Positions 1-7,680 of a stretch of 7,680 nucleotides of DNA are shown here, piece by piece (the first letter of the stretch is position 1; each line of letters starts with the position of its first letter). The notes beneath the pieces are model-generated. The model saw only the letters and a program-made list of their open reading frames with translations, was not told the origin of the DNA and did no database searches. Source of the DNA: a virus (lineage: Duplodnaviria > Heunggongvirae > Uroviricota > Caudoviricetes); IMG/VR virus record IMGVR_UViG_2541047778_000001; one strand, given 5' to 3'. Made by a program: the position numbers and the translations under genes.

Positions 1-41
1 CGTTGACGGACTTCGGGGGAAAAACGAGTATTTTTAGTCAT
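1..41 (-). CDS. IS629-like transposase OrfA, first 13 codons only (partial, runs off the window)
   Basis: ATG at 39-41 (minus strand) sits about 8 nt after AAAGAGGTAAACAGG. The translation MTKNTRFSPEVRQ matches my memory of the IS629/IS1203 OrfA N-terminus. Confidence 0.7.
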   Translation of the reverse strand, partial: MTKNTRFSPEVRQ

Positions 42-95
42 CCTGTTTACCTCTTTCTCAGGAAGTTTAGTCTCCAGGATTCCCGGGGCGGTTCA
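1..95 (-). mobile_element. IS3-family insertion sequence (IS629/IS1203-like), left end with terminal inverted repeat; element continues leftward beyond the window
   Basis: Reverse complement of 61-95 reads TGAACCGCCCCGGGAATCCTGGAGACTAAACTTCC, which has the TG terminus of IS3-family ends and matches my memory of the IS629 left end. It is followed by a GAGG-type RBS and an ATG opening MTKNTRFSPEVRQ. A 23/25 inverted copy of the same terminal motif lies at 7586-7610. Confidence 0.8.
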
Positions 96-1057
96 AGCTG
101 TTTATCAGAAATGCCACCCAGACCATCGCTAAATGTTCTGACTAAATTTTCTCGTGCTTGTTGTTGATTCAGCCGATTCTTACCGGTTCCAAAAAAAGGA
201 ACTCTTTCGCCTAATGTCTGAGCCTGACTCTGCATAAAGGTTTTATCTTTCAGCGTGTCACTGGTCATTAACGGCAGGTTTCTTTCCGACGCAAAATCGA
301 CAGCAGCCTTTGCTTCCGGTGACATCTCACCGCGAACAGCCCTGGAAACCGCACTAACTGTATTTTCCAGCCCCTTGCCAACACCACCAATGCCAGCAGA
401 AATTACCGTTTGTGCAGGATCAATATCTTCTCCGCCAGCAAGGCTGGTGCCACCCTGTAGTGCTAAATCTGTAGCAGCTGATTTCCCTATGGCACCAAGC
501 ACCGTTCCAGCCCTGCCCGCTGGTGTGAACGCTAACGCATTAGCAAGAAACGAAGTCAGGTCTTGCGGTGATAAACCTGGCTTGTTCAGGGCATAATCAC
601 CGGATGGCAGGGAAACGATAGTGTTACCCTTCTCATCCTGCCTTAATTTCGCCCCCATACTCTGAAGAATCTTTTCCTGAGACGCGTCGGAGCCGAAAAG
701 TTGAGACCATCCAGCCTTCAGGGCATCCATGCTTAGTGAGTTCAACTCAGGGGCAGCCCCAACATTTTGCAGTCTCTCCATTTCTGGTGTCATTCGGCTT
801 TCACCGGTAACGGCATCGCGCATTGCAGCACCTAAAACAGCCCCTTGCTCAGCAGAGCGATCTAGTCCTTCCTTCTGCTGAGTGGCAAGCTGTGCATATC
901 CTGATGCAAGTGAGTTGTCTGCTGGCGATTGCTGAACACCTTGTTGTGTTGGCGCTGACTGACCAGCAAAATACTCATCAATGGCGGACCCAATATCTTC
1001 CGTGCTCGTACCATCAGGAAAGGTAAATGTCTTACCATTTGCAGTTACTTTCATCAT
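47..1057 (-). pseudogene. P22 gp16-like DNA-ejection (internal virion) protein, 3'-truncated by the IS insertion; native part is 96-1057, the last 15 codons and stop are IS-derived
   Basis: Position in the gp7/gp20/gp16 ejection cassette. The N-terminus [23 protein letters not shown] is followed by a Gly/Ala/Gln-rich sequence. The ORF is about 336 aa, whereas P22 gp16 is about 609 aa as I recall. The frame runs straight across the IS terminus at 95 and ends EPPRESWRLNFLRKR, encoded by the IS inverted repeat. The start overlaps the gp20-like stop (ATGATGA). Confidence 0.75.
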
Positions 1058-2505
1058 TCCACCGTAAATTGAATGCCTGATTTTGACGTGTAGCTACCTC
1101 CTGCTGATTGCTGAGTAGCTGGCTGTTGCCTTGATGATTTCTTCCCGCCATTACCAACATTAACGTTATATTGCTGGTTGTAATTGTCGGTATATTGCTG
1201 AATGTCGCGCATTGATTGTTGCAGCGCTTCAGGACTTGAGAAATCAGGCTTTGGCATACCCTGAAAATACCTATTGGCCTCTGCTTCGGTGTTGATGCCA
1301 GATGCCCCCATATCTCGGGCTGCTGCAATCCCCTGATTTTGCATTTTGCCCATGATTCGCTGTGCAGCGTTGTATAGCCTCCTCTCCTCAACACCAGATG
1401 CCCTGCTACGAATATCTGCACCAAGAGCAAAAGAACCTGAAGAACCTGTAATACCTGTCATGAAGCCAAGATCGTCAATTGATGCGCCAGAAATTGCATC
1501 AAGATCTTTCTTCATTTCGTAATTCTGTGCATTAGCTGCCGATGTAGCCGGAGCAGCAATAGAACTGGCGGGGACGCGAATCATATTGCCCTCGTTGTCT
1601 ATTCCTTCGTAGAACGCATTAGCACCAGCGCCGTGAAGCTTCCTACCAACCGTTACCGTTCTGCCATCTGCCAGTTGCACAACATTCTCCCCGCCAGCAT
1701 CAGGACGACCTCGAACACGAAGATATGTCTTTTGTTGCTCTGGAGACAGGCTGTTGAAATATTGATATTCTTTAACAGATGCAGGAACAGCACCTCCAGC
1801 AGTGCGCAGGGAGTTTTCACGGCTAACAGCAATGCTTTGCGCCTTTAAACCTTCCCCAGCTTTATTGCTGCGAATCGTCTCTGCCAACTTGCCACGCTCA
1901 ATATCCCGACCTTCCATTTGATCTTTGATATCGAAATACTTCTCATGACCGAGAGAAAATAGTGCCAGATTACCTGCGAAGTGCTGGAAGCCCTGCGGGT
2001 CATTAACCTGCATTTCCGCAATAGTTTCTGGAGGGATACCTAAACGACGCATCTCCTTTTCGTTATCCATCATGAACCTGCCAAATGCACCCGGACCAAG
2101 CGACGAAGCGACCTGAGCCTTAAGCGCCAGATTGCCAAAATCATCCCGCTGGGCGTCATCGACATACCCCATGCCTTTACGGACTTCCTCAAACTCTTCG
2201 GGGAATGCTGTAATAAGATTACGCATCTGCTCCCTGTCGCCGGACGCATAAGCATCCGCATAACCTTTCTGGAATGCCGCTTTACGCTCCTGCTTTTGCT
2301 GCTGCTTATAAATATCAGCAACTCCAGCCAGACCACGAAGACCTGTCAGAGCAACGTTATTTGCACCTGATCGAGCCAGTTCATTGTTTTCGCGGATCAG
2401 ACCAAGCGTTGCGTTAATGTCGCTTGCCTTTGGCGCATTCTCATTTTGCGTACCGATGCCAGCCAGAAACCCACCAGAATTAATACCCTGTTGCCACGTA
2501 GCCAT
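1054..2505 (-). CDS. P22 gp20-like DNA-ejection (internal virion) protein
   Basis: 483 aa (P22 gp20 is about 471 aa as I recall). It lies between the gp7-like and gp16-like genes. Composition is rich in Q, N, A and G, including a tail [26 protein letters not shown]. The ATG is preceded by AAGGGGTAATCA. The stop overlaps the gp16-like start. Confidence 0.8.
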   Translation of the reverse strand: MATWQQGINSGGFLAGIGTQNENAPKASDINATLGLIRENNELARSGANNVALTGLRGLAGVADIYKQQQKQERKAAFQKGYADAYASGDREQMRNLITAFPEEFEEVRKGMGYVDDAQRDDFGNLALKAQVASSLGPGAFGRFMMDNEKEMRRLGIPPETIAEMQVNDPQGFQHFAGNLALFSLGHEKYFDIKDQMEGRDIERGKLAETIRSNKAGEGLKAQSIAVSRENSLRTAGGAVPASVKEYQYFNSLSPEQQKTYLRVRGRPDAGGENVVQLADGRTVTVGRKLHGAGANAFYEGIDNEGNMIRVPASSIAAPATSAANAQNYEMKKDLDAISGASIDDLGFMTGITGSSGSFALGADIRSRASGVEERRLYNAAQRIMGKMQNQGIAAARDMGASGINTEAEANRYFQGMPKPDFSSPEALQQSMRDIQQYTDNYNQQYNVNVGNGGKKSSRQQPATQQSAGGSYTSKSGIQFTVE

Positions 2506-2515
2506 TGATTACCCC

Positions 2516-3208
2516 TTAAAACAACGAGCCAAGCAGACCAAGACCAGCACCGATACCAGCACCCCACGGAGTTGATAGCTCGAGAGCACTGGCTATGCCA
2601 CCACCCAAAAGCGCACCGGATGCAGCACCACTAACACCCTGCTGCAATGCTGACGGTCGGTTGGCGTTTGCCGCTGCAAGAGCCGCGCTTTGCTGTGAAA
2701 TCTGACTCATGTTGTTGGCATATGTTTGCCCGGCGTTTGCCTGCCCCTGAAGAGCGCCAAGACCGATATTTGCCAGGTTGTTGTAATTGTTCATTTGTCC
2801 AGATAGCCATTGCTGACCAAGCGTTGGTGCGATTGTTGCTAACTGATTACTGGTTGCGGTGGAACCCAATCCACCTGTTGCTTCCGCTGCCGCCAGACTC
2901 TGATAGCGAGCCTGACCTGCAAGGTCTTTATACTGCTGAGAGTTGTAATACTGGTTAAGTGCCTGACCTTGCCCTTCCAGAGACGATAAGTTCTCAAGGC
3001 TGCCGACATACTTCCCAGCCAGAGGAGTAAACAGCTTCAGGTTGTTCATGATGGTGTTGAACTGCTGATTTTGCAGGTCTGCGGCATACTTCTGAGCTTC
3101 TGCTGCATACTTTGCGCTTTTATCAGAACTGCCACCTTTCCCGCCTTTTTCAGGGTAATAAGGTTCCTCGCCGCGCAGTTTTCTGCCCAGCGTAAATGCA
3201 TATAACAT
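2516..3208 (-). CDS. P22 gp7-like DNA-ejection (internal virion) protein
   Basis: 230 aa (P22 gp7 is about 229 aa as I recall). The body is low-complexity Q/N/A/G-rich. The C-terminus is Gly-rich and hydrophobic (GALLGGGIASALELSTPWGAGIGAGLGLLGSLF). RBS GGGAGA lies upstream of the ATG at 3206-3208. Confidence 0.75.
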   Translation of the reverse strand: MLYAFTLGRKLRGEEPYYPEKGGKGGSSDKSAKYAAEAQKYAADLQNQQFNTIMNNLKLFTPLAGKYVGSLENLSSLEGQGQALNQYYNSQQYKDLAGQARYQSLAAAEATGGLGSTATSNQLATIAPTLGQQWLSGQMNNYNNLANIGLGALQGQANAGQTYANNMSQISQQSAALAAANANRPSALQQGVSGAASGALLGGGIASALELSTPWGAGIGAGLGLLGSLF

Positions 3209-3210
3209 GG

Positions 3211-3666
3211 CTATCTCCCGTGATTCAGGAAGTCGATTAGTTCTTCGCGTGTGGCGCTGTAAAACGTCACGTCATCCACGCCTTTGAAGTATTTCTTGAT
3301 GGTTCCTACACGCTTAAGGCCAATCATTGCGCAGTACATCTGCCCGTGGCGGAATTTGCGTGCAGCAAATGATGTGACGCACTGAACGGTGGTGTTGGTC
3401 AGAATGTATCGCCAGAACGCCAGCCCTATTTCCTTGCTGAAGCCGCGAATCTCTGGCAGGTACATGGCGTGGCAATCGAATGTAAGCGGCTGAATCTCCT
3501 GATAGTAAACAATGCCGCCAAACTGACCGTGCACGTTCACCTCAAAGTAACGGCAATCAGGTTTGTAGTCGTATCCATCACCGTTGTTGCTCCCGGCGAT
3601 GATGTCAGGGTGATTTCCTACTGCTTCGATCAGGTCGATGTTTCGCGTTGGTTTGAATGTAATCAT
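3211..3666 (-). CDS. Protein at the gp14 position of the P22-like module (ejection-protein assembly factor by synteny); function not recognisable from sequence
   Basis: 151 aa ORF whose ATG overlaps the tail-needle stop (ATGA at 3664-3668). It lies between the needle and gp7-like genes, as gene 14 does in P22. I do not recognise the sequence itself ([43 protein letters not shown]...). Confidence 0.55.
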   Translation of the reverse strand: MITFKPTRNIDLIEAVGNHPDIIAGSNNGDGYDYKPDCRYFEVNVHGQFGGIVYYQEIQPLTFDCHAMYLPEIRGFSKEIGLAFWRYILTNTTVQCVTSFAARKFRHGQMYCAMIGLKRVGTIKKYFKGVDDVTFYSATREELIDFLNHGR

Positions 3667-4367
3667 CAGTCAATCAGCCCATGTAATCTAAGTGCTGTTT
3701 CAAGCGCCAGAATACGCTGCCGCGCCTGCTCCAAACCTGTAGCGATAGCTGCGACTTCGGATTGTGTGTACGTAGTGCCGACCGTGTATGACTGGTTAGC
3801 GTTGAATGAGCCAAGAAGTGGTGTGCCTGTGGCCGCTGTCCATCCGGTCTGCCTTGCTCCAACGACCTGAATTCCATCAACTGAATATGATGTTTTTACA
3901 TCCAGCGGTGACGCAAGAGACTGCGATTCTGTTACGGTTTTCGATACGTAATCACTCTTAATGTCAGATATATCGCTTTCTACGCCATCCAGTCTTTGGT
4001 CAACAGTGACCAGATGCGCCTGAATATCGATAACCTCATCCAGCAAGTAATCAACATCGCTACGCAGTACAACTATCTTCCCTTCGGCGGTTGTTAACCT
4101 GACCTCAAGGAGATTTATCGCTTTTGTGTTTGCGGTGATTCTTGCATCGTGGTCAGCCAGTTCGACATCCTGTTCATCGTTTTTCACCTGAGCATCGTAA
4201 GCGCCCTGACCAGCCTGATTTGCTTTCCCGGCAATTGCGCCGACATCAGCCCCCTGATTAATGACATACAGCAGGTAAGACTGGCTGAATATATTGCGTG
4301 GAAGGATTGATGTATCGAGCCGCGTCGCCTGCACAATAACAGGGGTGTTGAGATTCGAATCAGCCAT
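3666..4367 (-). CDS. Tail needle (P22 gp26-like), short form of 233 aa
   Basis: N-terminus [36 protein letters not shown] matches my memory of the P22 gp26 N-terminal portal-plug domain. A heptad-like coiled-coil region follows. Length 233 aa equals P22 gp26. The start overlaps the gp10-like stop (TAATG). The ORF track's longer 267-aa version (start at 4469) is an upstream read-through into the gp10 gene. Confidence 0.85.
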   Translation of the reverse strand: MADSNLNTPVIVQATRLDTSILPRNIFSQSYLLYVINQGADVGAIAGKANQAGQGAYDAQVKNDEQDVELADHDARITANTKAINLLEVRLTTAEGKIVVLRSDVDYLLDEVIDIQAHLVTVDQRLDGVESDISDIKSDYVSKTVTESQSLASPLDVKTSYSVDGIQVVGARQTGWTAATGTPLLGSFNANQSYTVGTTYTQSEVAAIATGLEQARQRILALETALRLHGLID

Positions 4368-5785
4368 TACTCGATCCTTATCTGGCAGCCAGACAGAGTG
4401 ACAGGTGACTTCGTGATAACGCGCAATTTGAAGCCGACATTTTTCCTGATGCGCCCGACTCGCTTCCACAAAACGCGTTTGTCGTAAACAAACGGTTCAT
4501 TCTGCTCAATCATCTGCTCACGACCGTAATTGATGCCGTCAGTGGTTGCAGAGAGAAAAAGGCGGTCGGCGTACTGCGCAACGCCAGTTGAAGATTCAAC
4601 TTCAAGGTCGAAAACTCTGGCGTTATCCGCTTTGAACAGAGGAGTAAACAGCAGATGCTCCTGTTGCTTGTCGTACTGGCTGCTGATGTCGAATTGCAAT
4701 TTCCCGGTCACGGACTCCAGCTTATCGCCGCACGTTATCTGATTGCCTTCGTAAATGAAGTCGATAGCGCGGTACACATCGTCATACAGACCTGTTTTCA
4801 GTACACACCATTGCGGAGCATTGGCGCTTGAAGATGCGTCGTATACGAGGACATGGCGCGGAAGATGGATAATCAGCAGCTCATGCGCATCAAATCGCAG
4901 AGACTCCATCACACCATCAGCCAGTTCATCAGCAGTGTAGGAGCGAAGAATTTTCTCAATGCTCGCGCTGGCGATTGGTGACACCTGCCCGGAACCGATG
5001 ATGTATACAGACGGCGCACCTGTTGCCGGATTGCTGATGAACGCATAGGAATCAGCGAATGGCGTTTTGCAATAGGTTCCGGCGATGCCTTTTTGCACCA
5101 TCAGTGATGGCTGTGCGACATACAAAGCAGCACCAACGGTGGTTGCGCCAGTCAGGGAGAAATATTCAATAGTCGATGAACCAAAGCAGACGATGAAGTC
5201 TCGCCATGTCCCGATACCGATGATGCCGTCCGGCTGCGATTCTGCGCGATATTGTGCACTGTATCGGTCAGGGTGCGATTCGTCTTCAAGGTCAGTGATA
5301 AACCATGAATCAGTTCCGTCTTTTGACCACGCATAACGCCCACGTAAGCGAGTAATGTCGCGAACTGAACCTAACTCATACTGCGTGAATCCACTGTCTG
5401 TAGGCCAGTTTGAGACGGTTTTAACCGTGCCATCATAACGATACTCGACCAGTTGACCATTAACGCCTACAGCCTGTGATGTTCGACCATGCGCCATTGA
5501 TACGCGACCACTTCCGGCGACGTCACCGACTTCGCTTTCTCCTTTGTACAGCTTGCCGCCACACACGCGATAAACAGCACTCTGCGCCATGTTGTACTCG
5601 ACGCCGCGCGATATACCATTCACATCAGAACGTTTGGCAATGCCCGGGAATGAGCGAAGATATCCGCTGCTGTTCAGGATTTCTTTGGGCGTAGCCAACA
5701 TATTCACTGGCAGATAGTCGATATAGTCGGCGTTTCGAAAGTCTTTGCCGACACCTTTCATAAGCGGAAGTTGCTGAATCGGCAT
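4367..5785 (-). CDS. P22 gp10-like head-completion / tail hub protein
   Basis: 472 aa, the same length as P22 gp10 as I recall. N-terminus [58 protein letters not shown] lies 6 nt upstream of the ATG. It sits between the gp4-like and needle genes. Confidence 0.85.
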   Translation of the reverse strand: MPIQQLPLMKGVGKDFRNADYIDYLPVNMLATPKEILNSSGYLRSFPGIAKRSDVNGISRGVEYNMAQSAVYRVCGGKLYKGESEVGDVAGSGRVSMAHGRTSQAVGVNGQLVEYRYDGTVKTVSNWPTDSGFTQYELGSVRDITRLRGRYAWSKDGTDSWFITDLEDESHPDRYSAQYRAESQPDGIIGIGTWRDFIVCFGSSTIEYFSLTGATTVGAALYVAQPSLMVQKGIAGTYCKTPFADSYAFISNPATGAPSVYIIGSGQVSPIASASIEKILRSYTADELADGVMESLRFDAHELLIIHLPRHVLVYDASSSANAPQWCVLKTGLYDDVYRAIDFIYEGNQITCGDKLESVTGKLQFDISSQYDKQQEHLLFTPLFKADNARVFDLEVESSTGVAQYADRLFLSATTDGINYGREQMIEQNEPFVYDKRVLWKRVGRIRKNVGFKLRVITKSPVTLSGCQIRIE

Positions 5786-5794
5786 TTATTCACC

Positions 5795-6256
5795 TCACGT
5801 ACTCGGATCATCTTTCTCGATGTAAAACCGATTCCACGTAAACGCGCTTTTGTTACCACTACCGCGAGGCATGTCATTTCGCCGCTCAAGTGGTGGTATT
5901 TTGGTTAAAGCGATACAGATTGTCTGATATGCACTGTCAGCAGCGGTAAGGAGAGCGTCTGACGGCTGAATGACGTTATCCATGCACACTTGCACAGCGA
6001 GTTTCAAAGCGACGCCATCATTTGCCCATGCAGGGATGCCTGAATCATCGTCAGGTAACGGCATGATGCCGTTTTCTGTATCAGCAAACTGATACCCAAG
6101 CTCGATACCTTTCGCCTGCCATGCTGCCATCATGTCTTCGAGGTCATTAATGGCATCTTCAATTGCCTGAGGGTCAGCATCTGTCAACGTGGCATTGGAA
6201 TACAGCCCGGCTTTTCGTAAAGCCTTTAGAACGAGATCACCCTTCGTTTTCGCCAT
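5795..6256 (-). CDS. P22 gp4-like head-completion (tail adaptor) protein
   Basis: 153 aa (P22 gp4 is about 166 aa). N-terminus MAKTKGDLVLKALRKAGLYSNATLTDADPQ. Located immediately upstream of the gp10-like gene. Confidence 0.7.
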   Translation of the reverse strand: MAKTKGDLVLKALRKAGLYSNATLTDADPQAIEDAINDLEDMMAAWQAKGIELGYQFADTENGIMPLPDDDSGIPAWANDGVALKLAVQVCMDNVIQPSDALLTAADSAYQTICIALTKIPPLERRNDMPRGSGNKSAFTWNRFYIEKDDPST

Positions 6257-6425
6257 CTTCTTCCGCCTTAGCCACTTTTTGCTTCGTTGCGGTTTCTTCA
6301 GGAGTTTTTACCCAACCTTTTTTCAGGTGAGATTTAACTTCTTCGTCATCAACAATGATGTAATCGACAGCAAACTGACCGCAGGTGATCATGTTGCCTG
6401 GCTTATAGAGCATTGTTCGTGCCAT
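6237..6425 (-). CDS. Small hypothetical protein (62 aa) between coat and gp4-like genes
   Basis: ATG at 6423-6425 is preceded by a strong RBS (TTGGGAGAAGACAATG). Translation is MARTMLYKPGNMITCGQFAVDYIIVDDEEVKSHLKKGWVKTPEETATKQKVAKAEEDGENEG with an acidic C-terminus. The 3' end overlaps the gp4-like start by 20 nt. Sf6-type phages carry a small gene at this position, as I recall. Confidence 0.5.
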   Translation of the reverse strand: MARTMLYKPGNMITCGQFAVDYIIVDDEEVKSHLKKGWVKTPEETATKQKVAKAEEDGENEG

Positions 6426-6436
6426 TGTCTTCTCCC

Positions 6437-6460
6437 AATAAAAATGGGGCCGAAGCCCCA
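6437..6460 (-). terminator. Intrinsic (rho-independent) terminator just downstream of the coat gene
   Basis: On the minus strand, 6 nt after the coat stop: TGGGGC-TTCG-GCCCCA (6-bp GC-rich stem, UUCG tetraloop, 6445-6460) followed by TTTTTATT (6437-6444). Confidence 0.6.
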
Positions 6461-6466
6461 CCAAAA

Positions 6467-7585
6467 TTACTGCCCAGCAATAACGATGCCCGTATATTCA
6501 GGAACCAGTACAGAGCAACCGTACAGAGTGGTGAAACGCGCAGTGGTTACGCCTTTGATGTGGTCGAAGGAGTAAGACATGATCAGCGTAGCGCCCTGCT
6601 CGGTGGTTGCTGTCATTACCTGTGGACCCTGACCAGTTGGGAACGCCAGTTTGCCGTACATCAGTTCAACAGAACCATCAGCCCAGAACAGGTTAGCAGG
6701 TGCTGCGTTCTTGTTGAGAATGGTGATTGCTGCTGATTCTGCCGGTTTGGCATCGACGTTTGCATATGGACGACTCGCAACATCAGTATTTTCAACAGGG
6801 AGAATCTTTGGAGAAATTGTTACGGTAGTTCCGCTAACAGCCAGAACACGGAATACCTGCGGTTGACCGGTGGTATCTTTTGTGATCTGGTGTACGGAAT
6901 TCACACCGGCAATGGTGAACGCATCACCAACCTGCAAGCCAGATGCAGATACCGTAATAGTCCCCTGTCGGTTATCAACTGGCATACCATTTGAATCTTT
7001 CGCTTCAACCTTGTGTTCAGGTTGGCCTGATACTGTCAAGGATTCAGTGCTTCCTTTCGGTAATCGACCAGAAATATCGGTCTTGTAGCTATCGAAGGAC
7101 GCAACCGGAGGGATTTGCGCTTTTTCGTATGCTGTCAGGGTTGCGCCCTGAGCATAGGCACGGTGACCAAGCTCGCCAGCAAGGTCTTTGTAGTTGAAGG
7201 GGTTCCAGAAAGAGCGACGGTTGATACCCTGAGGTACACCAATCGCCGTCATGGTGGCATCAATACCTGCCGCACAGTTCCACAAATCACGGCCCTGTGT
7301 ACCTGCGGTTGAGTCAGCCATCGTGATCACGTTAGTAGCACGCTGCGTGACCATGGAAATCAGGTCAGAGTCAATCTGTGCAGCAAGGCGCATACCTGCG
7401 GCGCGACCAGCTTCAGTTTTATGTTCCGGATCACGCATTTCACGCGCATCCAGAGTGTACAGAATGTTTTTCGGCTCCTTGAACACTGAAGGAACAAGGC
7501 GCTGAACCAGTGCTGTTGGCGTTTTGCTGCTGAGGTCGAGGCCTTCCTCAATATTCATGTGGTAATGCTGCGGACGATACAGAAC
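6467..7585 (-). pseudogene. P22-type major coat protein, 5'-truncated by the IS insertion (about 45-55 N-terminal codons missing)
   Basis: The 363-aa ORF aligns by eye with remembered P22 gp5: EGLDLSSKTPTALVQRLV vs EGWDLTDKATGLLELNV, RSFWNPFNYKD vs TSYFFNPQDYKK, and RPYANVDAKPAESAAITILNKNAAPANLFWADGS vs [34 protein letters not shown]. Its Met-1 corresponds to about residue 55 of P22 coat. The frame stays open 9 codons upstream to the IS boundary at 7585 and on into the IS until TAA at 7616-7618. There is no Shine-Dalgarno before the ATG at 7556-7558. Confidence 0.8.
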
Positions 7586-7680
7586 TGAACCGCCCCGGGT
7601 TTCCTGGAGAGTGTTTTATCTGTGAACTCAGGCTGCCAGATCATCGTTTCCGATGGAAGCATAATAAGCTTTTTCTGCTT
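7586..7680 (-). mobile_element. IS3-family insertion sequence (IS629/IS1203-like), right end with terminal inverted repeat; element continues rightward beyond the window
   Basis: Plus strand 7586-7620 reads TGAACCGCCCCGGGTTTCCTGGAGAGTGTTTTATC, matching my memory of the IS629 right inverted repeat. It matches 23/25 of the terminal motif at the left window edge in inverted orientation. Confidence 0.8.
7628..7680 (-). CDS. IS629-like transposase OrfB, C-terminal 16 codons plus stop (partial, runs off the window)
   Basis: Minus-strand frame gives ...AEKAYYASIGNDDLAA then TGA at 7628-7630, 42 nt inside the IS terminus. This is consistent with the end of an IS3-family OrfB, but I cannot confirm it from memory. 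Confidence 0.5.
   Translation of the reverse strand, partial: AEKAYYASIGNDDLAA

Noticed and set aside
61-95. The two-base difference between the IS terminal repeats (AA at the left edge vs TT at the right edge) as evidence of two different IS types
   Set aside because: Left and right inverted repeats of a single IS3-family element are normally imperfect, and these two are different ends (IRL and IRR). The difference does not indicate distinct elements.
4368-4469. 34-codon N-terminal extension of the tail-needle ORF (start at 4469, 267 aa)
   Set aside because: The extension is an alternate frame of the gp10-like C-terminus. The internal Met opening [13 protein letters not shown] matches the canonical needle N-terminus, gives the expected 233 aa, and forms a stop/start overlap with the gp10-like gene.
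6426-6464. Upstream start for the small ORF at 6462-6464 (75-aa version starting MVGLRPHFYWEKT)
   Set aside because: That codon is TTG, sits 2 nt after the coat stop, and lies inside the terminator hairpin with no RBS. The ATG at 6423-6425 has a strong RBS.
255-7505. All 17 plus-strand ORFs in the track (61-133 aa), e.g. 255-596, 3469-3870, 6189-6575, 6413-6736 and 7251-7505
   Set aside because: Each lies antisense within a minus-strand gene that has recognisable phage-structural homology and conserved synteny. None has a convincing RBS or an intergenic location, and their compositions look like shadow frames (Cys/Arg/Ser-rich). I treat them as artefacts.
1032-7551. Minus-strand nested ORFs in alternative frames (1032-1430, 2070-2336, 3674-3880, 5152-5343, 7360-7551)
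   Set aside because: They sit entirely inside longer same-strand genes in a different frame, with no RBS and no recognisable sequence. They are most likely chance open frames.
6467-7558. Treating the 363-aa coat ORF as an intact gene
   Set aside because: Its N-terminus aligns about 55 residues into the P22 coat, the frame is open upstream into the IS, there is no RBS, and the IS terminus lies 27 nt upstream. A 5' truncation is the better reading.
96-7585. Defence system, toxin-antitoxin pair, sieA-like exclusion gene or other moron inside the module
   Set aside because: Every ORF with coding support maps to a standard morphogenesis or ejection function by homology or synteny, and intergenic spaces are 0-40 nt. 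Nothing in the sequence supports an accessory system here.
1-7680. tRNA genes, CRISPR repeats or tandem repeat arrays
   Set aside because: No regularly spaced direct repeats or cloverleaf-like segments were seen. The only long-range repeat is the inverted pair of IS termini at the two window edges.

Overview
This window is the virion-completion and DNA-ejection half of a P22/Sf6-like (short-tailed, lambdoid) prophage morphogenesis module, with every gene on the minus strand. In transcription order (high to low coordinate) it reads: coat protein, intrinsic terminator, small ORF, gp4-like, gp10-like, gp26-like tail needle, gp14-position protein, then gp7-, gp20- and gp16-like ejection proteins. 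Both window edges are ends of an IS3-family insertion sequence that I recognise from memory as IS629/IS1203-like. The two copies are in the same orientation; one cuts off the 5' end of the coat gene and the other the 3' end of the gp16-like gene. The module therefore looks like a defective prophage remnant bracketed by direct IS copies. I found no tRNA, CRISPR array, defence, toxin or other accessory cargo; genes are tightly packed or overlapping, leaving no room for a hidden system. All homology calls rest on remembered protein families and gene order, not on a database search.
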